This document shows, one piece after another, positions 1-9,157 of a stretch of 20,000 bases of DNA. Under the pieces are notes generated by a model. It saw nothing but the letters and a program-made list of their open reading frames with translations, was not told the origin of the DNA and searched no databases. The DNA is from Chiloscyllium plagiosum. Taxonomy: Eukaryota. The position numbers were made by a program, and so were the translations under genes. The stretch spans positions 35,983,868-36,003,867 of the forward strand of contig NC_057718.1 in NCBI RefSeq assembly GCF_004010195.1, written 5' to 3'. Every line of letters begins with the position of its first letter. Within the stretch, counting starts at the first letter, position 1.

Positions 1-113
1 CCAGGTTATAGTCCAACAGGTTGATTTGGAAGCACTATCTTTCAGAGCGCTGCTCCTTCATCAGGTAAATAACCGTTTGGACTATAATCCCTGGTATTGT
101 GTGATTTTTGACT
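1..113. mobile_element. Penelope-like terminal-repeat-derived palindromic element (family A), truncated by the window start
   Basis: ccaggttatagtccaa (1-16) is imperfectly inverted at ttggactataatccctgg (77-94). The interior carries a minus-strand hammerhead core. Resembles an abundant shark repeat as I recall it. Confidence 0.7.
33..67 (-). ncRNA. Minimal type I hammerhead ribozyme-like motif
   Basis: Minus strand reads uac-CUGAUGA-a-GGAGC-agc-GCUCU-GAAA-g-AUA-gug. It has both core boxes, a 5-bp stem II and a 3-bp stem I (uac/gug). Confidence 0.6.
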
Positions 114-299
114 GTGATAATACCAGTTCTTCCTTCCACTTGAGGGACTTGACTACTATAGTTAGTTTTGCATGTCAGTGTAAGAAGACAGGCTGTTCAT
201 CCCTAGGTGCAGTTATTGGTGAGACCACGCTGATGACCATCCTTGCCTGATGTTCAACTTTTGCACTTTTGAGATGGTTGGATAGGATCAGATGACTGA

Positions 300-628
300 T
301 AAGGCAATTGAGTGCACAATCCAATTCTATTGACAATACAAAATTAGGGGAAAACGTTACCTGTAAGGAAGAGGCAAGGTGACCACAGAATGGGTACAAA
401 TATGTTGAATGTGTGGGCAAAAAGATGCTTGTTCACTTTGGTAGGAAAAATCAAAAAACAGGATTTTCTTTAAATGAGATAATGTAAAATATTGGTATTC
501 AGAGAGTTCTGGGTTACCTTGCCTACAAATCAACAGCTAACATCCTGGTACAACAAGTGATTAGGAAATCATATGCTATGTCAGCCTTTACTGCAAAGGG
601 AGTAAAGTGTTCGAGTGTCTTACTACAA
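300..628 (+). mobile_element. Old degenerate CR1-type LINE ORF2 (RT) fragment
   Basis: gacaatacaaaattagggg is a decayed DDTKLG. Downstream ttcactttggtaggaaaaat and tcagcctttactgcaaagggag follow the order of the better-preserved copy at 15532-16736. Boundaries approximate. Confidence 0.6.
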
Positions 629-985
629 TCTAGACTGTCAACAATGCCAAGGAGAAAGTGAGGGCTGCAGATGCTGGAGATCAGAGCTGAAAATGTGTTG
701 CTGGAAAAGTACAGCAGGTCAGGCAGCATCCAAGGAAGAAGGGCTTGTGCCCAAAACGTCGATTCTCCTGTTCCTTGGATGCTGCCTGACCTGCTGCGCT
801 TTTCCAGCAATACATTTTCAGCTGTCAACAATGCCAGTATATCTTTCCGTAGGTAAGGGCCCCAAAACTGTTCACAGTATTCCAGCTGTGTTCTGACTAG
901 TGTCCTGTACAGATTTAGCAAAACCTCTCTACTTTTATATTCAATGCCCTTTGAAATAAAGGCCAACATTCTATTTGCCTTTACT
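629..985 (-). mobile_element. CR1-type LINE ORF2 C-terminal fragment, interrupted by the insertion at 650-821
   Basis: Translation KANRMLAFISKGIEYKSREVLLNLYRTLVRTQLEYCEQFWGPYLRKDILAL is the typical CR1 post-RT motif. Confidence 0.85.
650..821. mobile_element. Non-autonomous Penelope-derived fold-back element (family B) with 15-bp TSD
   Basis: Direct repeat ctgtcaacaatgcca at 635-649 and 822-836. Inverted arms 685-737 and 771-823 match at 50/53. The loop holds a decayed hammerhead, gaagaagggcttgtgcccaaaacgtc. Confidence 0.85.
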
Positions 986-1769
986 ACAGGTCTTACCACT
1001 TACTATAATCACACAGAGCCTCGTTAAGACCATAACTGGAGGACCATGCACACTTTTGGTTTCTTTGCCTAAGGCAGGGCATTCTAACTCGGGAGGGAAG
1101 AAGTGCAATGAACCTTTAGTGGACTGATTCTTGGTATGAAAGGATTGTCTAATGAGAGATTGAGTGGACAAGTCATTATTTGTGAATAAGTAGAACTGAG
1201 ATGAGAAATTTCTTTCATTCAGACGGTTGTGAGTTTTTATAATTCCTGATCCCAGAATAGTTGAAAATAATACTGAGATCCTGTTTAAAAAACACTGCCA
1301 TTCAGGTTGACATGCTTGAGTTAGGAATGCACTCTGCAATTCAAGTGCAGCAAAATCTTTGAATTGTTTTTGATGGTTACTCCATTCTGCATCTACTTTT
1401 CATATCTAGACCCTATGTCAGGCAAAAGAAAAGATTTTGTTGATGCTTCAGGATTTACATCTGTCACTCTGGACACCCTAGGATACGTTTTATGGGATAG
1501 CAAATGTGTGTTGGATGTTCAAATTTTACCATTCTGGAGTTAATTTAAAAACCTGTGAAAAGTTTTAGTCTTTATTATTTATGAACTTTTAAAAATATCT
1601 CTTGACAATCAATTAAAGTTGCAGCATGTTTTTATGTCTCGATTTCAGATTTTAACAGTACATTTGCAGGCTCTAGAAGTTACTGCCTCTTTTAGAGGAG
1701 TACTAATGATGAATGGTGGCAGTTTCACTGTCACTGCTATTGAAGAATTCAGATAAATTTTTAACATGT

Positions 1770-2655
1770 TAATAACTAGTTGAGGAAAGGGAATGTATTA
1801 CAGCCAGCTTTTGTATGGCACAAAATAAGTGGGAAGGCAAGTGGTGAGGATTACATAAAGAGTCTGCATAGAGATATAAATTAAGAGAATGGGCAAAAAG
1901 TTGGGAGATGGAATAGAGGAGCTGAATATTATTTAAATGAAGAAAGTTGTAGAAGGCCTCCAAACAGAGGGATTTGGGAGACCTTGCACATGAATCTCAA
2001 AAAGCTAGTATCCACATTCATTCGTTAATTGGGAAGGCAAATGGAATGTTGGCCTTTATTTCAATGGGGAGAGTATAAGAGTAGGGAGGTTTTGTTAAAT
2101 CTGTAAAGCTGGAATACCGTGAACCATCTTGGGGCCCTTGTCTAGATAAACTGCATTGGAGGCAGTTCATTAGGCTGATCCCAGGTATGGAGGAACTGTG
2201 TTATGAGAGAGGTTGATTAGGTTGGGCCTGTACTTTTTGGAACTTGGAAGAATAAGTGATGACTTTATTGAAATCTACAAGGTTCTTTAGCAGGCTTGAC
2301 GGGGCAGATGAGAAAAGGTTGTTTCTCTTTATGGGAGAGTCTAGAAGCAGAAGGTAAAGTCTGAAAATAAGGAGTCACACATTTAAGATAGATGAGGAAT
2401 TTCTACCGAGGGTAATGAATCTTCATTTTTCTACCACAGAGGGTTGTCCAGGTTATGGTGTTAAGTATATTCATTTGTCATTGACAGATTTGATTTAATT
2501 AGAAAGGGAAGCAAGGATTCTGGGGAAAAGGTACACAAAGGGAGTTGAGGATTATTGTATCACCTGTGACCTAATTGAGCGGCAGAACAGACTTGATGGG
2601 TTGAATTCCCTGCTTCTGTACTTCATCTTATGGGCTTGCACTCATATGGTCTTAA
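1770..2655 (+). mobile_element. 5'-truncated degenerate CR1-type LINE with 3' UTR
   Basis: gggaaggcaaatggaatgttggcctttatttca (KANGMLAFIS) and gctggaataccgtgaac. It ends in tcttatgg/catatggtctta-like tail repeats. Confidence 0.8.
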
Positions 2656-3201
2656 TGTTTAAAATGCATCATTCAATGAGACTAAGTCTACATACCATCA
2701 CTTAAGTTTGTCTTCTTTGATCCATTCACCTAATTAGTCTCCTACGTGTTCTGTTAAATATCTATTAGTCTTGCACATAGGAGGTGGTGGTAAAAAGCTG
2801 TTGCTTATCTGTGTATCTTTGAGTGATTTGAGGAATCCTGCTGGAGATGGTCAAATGTGCTGTATGTCACAGTGTCATTTTTGGCAGTGAAGCAGTGTAG
2901 TAAATATGACTGAAGATAGATTGATATGCACAACTAAGTAACATTTAACTAAACCTGAAAAACCAGTTTTTGGAAGATGGAAGTAGGTGACAGAGTTTTA
3001 CTGTTGGTGTCCAGACCAAGTGAGTGGGCAGCACAGATGGTGTGCAGTGTTGGTATGTTGCAGGTTAGGGTGTGTGAGGGTGAGTTAGGAAGATGTTATA
3101 TGCATTGTGAGACTGGTAGAGCATGAGCATTGGTAGCAGCTGAGTACAATAGCAGAGATGGAGTGACTATGAAGTATAAGAGAGAGGATGGTGGCACTTA
3201 A

Positions 3202-3420
3202 GCTATTGGCATGTATTAGGACATTGACTTACTTTCTACAGTGCTGAGCATTACTTGAGGTTGAAACTGCTCTAACCTGGGTGACAACTTCTGACCAGGC
3301 TGCCAGAGTCTGGTGTTATGGCCTCCACTGATGGTCATGGTGGAAAGACAATTCCTGCTCATGCCCCACCTTGTCCAGCAGGAGCTCCAGAATCCTGCCT
3401 TAAAAGTGGGGCACCAATTT
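3202..3420 (-). mobile_element. Decayed Harbinger/PIF transposon Myb/SANT-like (NAIF1-like) coding exon
   Basis: One frame reads KLVPHF*GRILELLLDKVGHEQELSFHHDHQWRP*HQTLAAWSEVVTQVRAVSTSSNAQHCRK*VNVLIHANS. This fits the PRF..LE.LL..V / W.EVA..V.AVS / QCRKK.NDL pattern, with three stops. Confidence 0.7.
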
Positions 3421-3448
3421 GGGGCAAATGTCAGCAGTGATGTAAATG

Positions 3449-4114
3449 AGCAAAGTGATCTCGATGTCCATGTAGGTCCCTGAAAGTTGTCACCCAGGTT
3501 GATAGGGTTGTTAAGAAGGCATACGGTGTGTTAGCTTTTATTGGTAGAGGGATAGAGTTTCGGAACAACAAGGCCATGCTGCAGCTGTGTAAAACTCTGG
3601 TGCGACTGCACTTGGAGTATTGCGTACAGTTCTGGTCACCGCATTATAGCAAGGATGTGGAAGCTTTGGAAAAGGTTCAGAGGAGATTTACTAGGATGTT
3701 GCCTGGTATGGAAGGATGGTCTTATGAGGAAGGTTTAGGGACTTGAGGCTGTCTTCATTAGAGAAAAGGTTGAGAGGTGACTTAACTGAGACATATAAGA
3801 TAATAGAGGGTTAAATAGGATGGACAGTGAGAGCCTTTTTCCTCGAATGGTGATGGCTAGATGAGGCTACATAACTTTAAATTGAGGGATAATAGATATA
3901 GGACAGATGTCAGAGGTAGTTCCTTTATTCAGAGAGTAGTAGGGGCGTGGAACGCACTGCCTGCGACAGTAGTAGACTCACCAACTTTAAGGGGATTTAA
4001 ATGGTCATTGGATAAACATATGGATGAAAATGGAATGGTAAAGGATAGATAGGCTTCAGATTGGTTAGCGCAACGTTGAGGGCCAAAGGGCCTGTACTGT
4101 GCTGTTATGTTCTA
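3449..4114 (+). mobile_element. 5'-truncated CR1-type LINE 3' end
   Basis: ORFs LAFIGRGIEF...LVRLHLEYCVQFWSPHY...VQRRFTRMLPG and ...QRVVGAWNALP... The 3' UTR gggccaaagggcctgtactgtgctgttatgttcta is present. Confidence 0.9.
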
Positions 4115-4372
4115 ATCATGCAGGGCAGCCCTGGCTGTACTGGTGTGCAATGTCTTTGCAATCCAACACTGGCGTGAGAGAAGGTGGCTCCTTCTGGGAT
4201 TCTGGTGAGTTGCTTATAGAATTTCTGGTGCTAACATGGGACAGAAATCTAATGTGCTACTGCCATAAGGTGCCAATTAGTAAGATGTGGCAAGAATACC
4301 CGCTTGCCCTAACAGCAAGAATCACTCCACTGACCTTGAAGCGACTCTCACTTCGCCAAAGAATATTCAGCC
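4115..4372 (-). mobile_element. Probable 5' part of the Harbinger element split by the CR1 at 3449-4114
   Basis: The reverse complement of about 4117-4150 resembles the sequence upstream of the second Myb copy (about 12660-12695). It ends in aatattcagcc, which resembles a Harbinger TIR (GGCTGAAT on the minus strand). Confidence 0.4.
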
Positions 4373-5326
4373 TGACAGATGCAGTGTTGATAAGTGTATA
4401 AGAGAAAGTGGAGGAAGCTTATTAAAAAGGAGAGGAAAAAAAGGAGCTGGGATTAAAAAGAAATAGCAAAGTTTTGAATTGCAAAAATGACCTGAGTCAT
4501 CATGTGTATCAGTGAAACAGAGATAGTAACTGTTACTTGCTAGTCTTATGTTTGTTTTAGTAAATATAAATGCCCCTTAGCTAGAGAGCAAGTAGAGTTA
4601 GCCATCCAAAGATTTGAACTATTGCTGCAAAATGCATGTTTTGTCAAAGCTTTCTGTTTTGAACTATGCTCAGCCAATATGTAATTTTATTCCAAGTGGA
4701 GCTTTTCAGGCAAAGCATTACTTCAGGGTCCTTAACATAGGAATGTTCTGATTTGTTACCCTAAACTAATAGTTGATAGGGAATCCATGCATCATTTTGC
4801 ATTTTTAGTTTAGTAAATTGGATATTATAGTATCATTGAGTATTGATCTCAGTATTCATTTGCAAGATTTCTTGTAATTTAGCCATTTTTGTGCAGTTGT
4901 TTGTAAAATTACACAAACAAATGAAGTATTCTTTGTGTGAATTTCACTTTTTTTATTGAATCGTGGTAGATTATTAAGTACAGATACACATTATTATTGT
5001 AACTTGTATTGCTTAAATGTATGTTAGCAGTTTTCTACTAAAATCAGTATATTTGTCTAAAAAGATATGACCGTGGCTATATGTAACTAGTCAGTACAGT
5101 AATCCCTATTCAATAACAATGCCCAAGGCTAAGGAAAACTTTGGATTCCAGGCAATTTTGTTCCTACTTGTGATGAATTTATCGGGTTCAGGAGTTTGCA
5201 TAGGGCTGTTCTTGGCTCTGGTGGGTAAGCTCCATTTAGAAATTTGTTCTGTTTCGTATTATCATTTAATTTACGTAAAGTCATAAGGACATGGATATAT
5301 CTTTTGTGCATCCTCAACCCCTCTTT

Positions 5327-5343
5327 CCCCCCCCCCCCCCCCC
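5327..5343. repeat. Poly-C homopolymer (C17)
   Basis: 17 consecutive C, about 145 nt upstream of the exon 2 acceptor. Confidence 0.95.
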
Positions 5344-5488
5344 ATGTTATATGTGCTAATGTGGTTCATTAAGACAGAATCTTGAAAAGCCCTGCCCTAA
5401 TTAACCAGGTTGTAATTTTCTTTAAAATTTATCATATACCCAACCTGTAGACGCATGTTTCACTGATTATGTTTAATCATTCTTATAG

Positions 5489-5626
5489 GGGTTGAAGCCT
5501 CTAGTTTCCACAGAAACTCCCACTATGATTTTTGCTACACCCACAAAACCCATATCTGAATTGGAAGGAGGAGGAATGCACTTATTAGGAAGGAATAAGG
5601 TGCCTGATTTCCAGCAAATGTTTCAG
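5489..5626 (+). CDS. cox7a2l: Cytochrome c oxidase subunit 7A2-like (SCAF1/COX7RP), internal exon 2 (138 nt, phase 0/0)
   Basis: Acceptor ttcttatag (AG 5487-5488) and donor gtatga (5627). Translation GLKPLVSTETPTMIFATPTKPISELEGGGMHLLGRNKVPDFQQMFQ aligns with human COX7A2L GLKPVVSTEAPPIIFATPTK...GKNKVPELQKFFQ. Confidence 0.95.
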
Positions 5627-6660
5627 GTATGAATCAAAGTTTGCCTTAACTACAGCAAAAAATATTTCAAACTACTTGTGCCTTTTAAGGAATTCAAAGA
5701 ATTTTAGAAATGATAAGGGATGATTCGTGATCTTGCATTATTACCTTAGAGTCCTGGTAATATGATGAATAATCTTACATGTACATTCATGAAATTATAG
5801 CTCTGGTTGTGTAGTGCATCAATTACTGAGGATGTTCATCTGTTGCTCAAAACAAATTAAGCAATAATGTGACAACCTCTTCTCTCGGAAATCTAAGAAA
5901 CAATGCACTGTTATAAGCTTTGAATTTGGCTAGATCAGATGAATGTCTCTGCACATTGTCTGCATTTGAATTGTAATAGGGTTCCACTATATTTCTACAT
6001 GTTTATTTTGTCCATTGTTTTCACTTGTTCAAATTGAATGTATAGAGTTTACAATTTACATAAACTGGCCCTTGTACTCAAAACAGACCAGTTAATGAAG
6101 CAAATTTTAGATTACTATTTTTAGGCCAAATACCACCTCAGCAATGTGTATGGTGTATGTTTCAACACTCAGCAGGAGCTACAGATTCTTAATTATAGAG
6201 TCACTTTTTCAGAGAAAGAGTGGCATTTGGCTGTGTTGTTTTTTCTCAAATATGTCACTTCCAACATTTAACAATTCTCATATCTGTTCTTGAGAATAGC
6301 TGTTGCAAGGGATTTTCTTAACAGCAGTATAGCTGGGTTTTCTATGCAGTATAATTATTTTCTAACCATTTTTTAAGCTGTAGATAGATGGTCATTATGC
6401 TGAAATAACCCTTTACTCAGGTTTGAGTTTAAAGAAGGAAATATTTAGTGGTTGCTGCGTTAATAGATATATAACAACCTTCCTTTTGAATAACATATAT
6501 TTGGAATTGTGCTACACGGTAACCAGGCATAAAGAGTTGGCTAAGAACCTACAATTTTCTGACAAGGATAGATGTCAACAGTTGCTGCTGTCTGGTCCTG
6601 ACAGGTTCAGCTTTTTGATCATTTTTAAAAGGAATCTTTGTGGAGCTTCTGGAGTTTTGT

Positions 6661-6732
6661 GCAATGGATCAGTGGGAACATCTTGTCTTTGAATCAGAAG
6701 GTCATGGGTTCAAGTTGCACTTCAAATGAGCA
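6661..6732 (+). mobile_element. tRNA-derived SINE head fragment (SacSINE1/DeuSINE-like)
   Basis: A-box-like tggatcagtgg, then gaatcagaaggtcatg and B-box-like ggttcaagt. The SINE body is absent. Confidence 0.55.
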
Positions 6733-7399
6733 GAAGGAATTGTGAATATTGAAGACTAACTGGAATAATTGTAGGAGACAAAATAATTGGCAAAAAAATT
6801 GAATTTAGTTGTGTACAGAACCAAAACATATCTCTTGGGAGCGTGGAGTTCATGCCTAAATTATATTTTAGGCTTTAGTTATAACATGTGTTGTGACATT
6901 GTGATTCTAAAAACCCTTAAAGCTGATTTTTATTTTTGTCTAGAAGTGGAAGTATCCTAATAATAAGCCTTTTCAGAAAATGGCACCACACCATTGCGAA
7001 GTGCTTATTTCCTGTCTTGTTAAATGGTTTTTTTCACTGTTTGAACTTGGCCTTATTTTAGTTATTTATTGCTTTAAATACTCCCAGTGAAACTGGTTTT
7101 ATGCAGCATTGATTTAATTAAAATACTCTACAAGCGCTCGAGTAAATTTGTTTTGACCTGTTAAAAGGTATCCTGTAAAGATTTTTTAAAAAGAGGGCAA
7201 TTGGGAACATGCTAGGAAATGTCTTTACAAAACAAATCGCTCATTCAACTCAAATGGTTCGCTGTTGTCTTTATGCTCCATGTAAACCACCTCCCATCCA
7301 TTCTACCTCTAATGACATCACTATTCACTAAAATATACTTGTGTTAGTCACCTTAAATACATCGACAAGGTCCATAGCTTTCTCGCGCTCTGGATAAAG

Positions 7400-7800
7400 A
7401 CACCTCTCTTGAATTTTCCTATTTGATTTAATGTTAACTATAATATTTCTGTTGTGTCATTCTGGGCTCTCTCACAAATATGTATTTACCCAGTCTTAAG
7501 CTATTATCATCTTAAAGACCTCAATACAATCATGTATCAGTCTTATCCTTTCCAGTGAATAGGCCCCAAGCCTACTTAAGGTTTCCTAATAGGTTTAACC
7601 ATTTAGTTCCAGTATTATTCTGAAATATCTTTTATGTACCTTCAGTATCTGTAATTCACTTCCATAAGATGGAGACCAGAACAATTCATAGTACTCCATG
7701 CGGTTTAACTAAAATTTGATGCAATATGAACATCTCTGCCTTTCTGTAATTTTCAAAATGAACCCAGTGCATTATTTTGTCTTTTAGGCCTTTATTGATC
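7400..7800 (-). mobile_element. Ancient CR1-type LINE fragment in cox7a2l intron 2
   Basis: The minus strand has ttagttaaaccgcatggagtactatgaattgttctggtctcca (decayed LVRPHLEYCVQFWSP) followed by ttggggcctattcactggaaaggataagactga (decayed LGLFSLE.RRL). Boundaries approximate. Confidence 0.55.
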
Positions 7801-8585
7801 TGTGCTAACTGTTCTTATATGTTTGTGAAGCATGCGGCACAGAAGAATAGAGTCTGCTCTGACTGTTTCAACCCAGTTACTGTTATTTTCCTTCTGTATT
7901 CTCTTTCTGTATCCCTGCAATTCTTTTTTTTTCCCTCAAGTACTTCTCTAATTTCCTTTGAATGTATATAACCTCTGCTAACAGCAAATGCATTCCAAAA
8001 TCTGTTAGTTGCATAAAAAGGATTTTCCTTATTTTTCTTTGGTTTATTTGATAGTGAACTTGAACTTCTTTCTTCTGGTTGTCAACTGTACAATTTGTTT
8101 TTCTTTATCTACTTTCTACCTAGTCCTTTGTGATTTTAAAAGGTGTCTGGACCCCAGATGCTTCTACTCCATATAGGATATTTCTACTCCATTTAGATAA
8201 CTATTTTCTAGGAAGTGTATACTTTCCTCTTCCTCGCACAATAAACTATATCACATTTGTCTCTACTGAAGTATATTCACATGTTTGTCTTAATGATAGA
8301 AGTTCATGGGGCCATCACAAACGCATTGCACACCTTTTGAGTATTAAAACCAATGTTCCTTCTTTTTCAAACAAAATGTCCACAGAACCTTTAAGTTTAT
8401 TTGCTTGGTTGCATGTGGATCGTAGCCTAGAGAGTGTAACTTGTATTCAATGTGTGGGGGATCTTGTAGGTTGCTTAGCAACCTCCTAAGTTAGAGGGAA
8501 CATTGGTAAATCAGGAAAAGGATGTTTGCTGTATGAGTGTGATTGTTGTGTTAACTTTAAAATTTTTATCATGCTTGCTTTCTAG

Positions 8586-8729
8586 AAGCCAGATGGTTTG
8601 CCAGTACATTTAAAGCGAGGTGTCCCTGATCGACTACTATACAGGACTACAATGGCATTGACGATTGGCGGGACGATTTACTGCTTGATAGCACTCTTTC
8701 TGGCAGCCCAGCCCAAAAAACACAACTGA
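8586..8729 (+). CDS. cox7a2l: Cytochrome c oxidase subunit 7A2-like, terminal exon 3 coding part including TGA stop
   Basis: Acceptor cttgctttctag (AG 8584-8585). Translation [47 protein letters not shown] matches human [46 protein letters not shown] and is in frame with exon 2. Confidence 0.97.
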   Translation, partial: KPDGLPVHLKRGVPDRLLYRTTMALTIGGTIYCLIALFLAAQPKKHN

Positions 8730-9151
8730 GAAAAATCTATTATGATTCCAAAATCTCAACTCAAGGACTGGCAAATAATCCTCTGTACAGTTGTAACCTG
8801 TTTACTGATTTCTAAGTTTATTTCTAGCAGTTTATCTAAAATTTGGACATGAGATTGACCAATCAACTTTAATCTGTGATTTGGTGGGAATTCCAGGGCC
8901 CAGGATTCTGCCTAATTCTAATGATTAGGTTTGATAGAAATTGTCATTGAATCATGTGAAGTGCTCGAGAAAATGTATTTAAAATTGATTAGGTGAATAT
9001 AACATAGTGCCACAGGTGATGGGACCTGGAAGTTTTTGCACTTGCCACGAAGACCATCCGAACAGATGTCTATCTTGTGAGGAATTCTTATTCATCATTG
9101 TCATAATATTTTGTGCAAATGATGTGCAATCTGTTATATTTGTGCTGCTAA

Positions 9152-9157
9152 AATAAA
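9152..9157 (+). promoter_or_regulatory. Polyadenylation signal of cox7a2l (3' UTR about 8730-9175)
   Basis: AATAAA about 420 nt after the stop, followed by GT/T-rich ctttggtaatgtttccttg. Confidence 0.65.

Noticed and set aside
523..999. 158-aa ORF, the longest in the track
   Set aside because: Chimera of a CR1 fragment and the Penelope-derived insert, not a gene.
1..5488. cox7a2l exon 1 (MYYKF...-like)
   Set aside because: No matching coding sequence or CpG-island promoter found. The atgtattac near 1793 lies inside a CR1 fragment.
6661..6732. Possible tRNA gene
   Set aside because: A/B-box-like motifs are present but I cannot fold a cloverleaf. It fits a decayed SINE head.
8130..8489. 119-aa ORF in cox7a2l intron 2
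   Set aside because: No recognisable motif and a non-ATG start; probably decayed repeat sequence.
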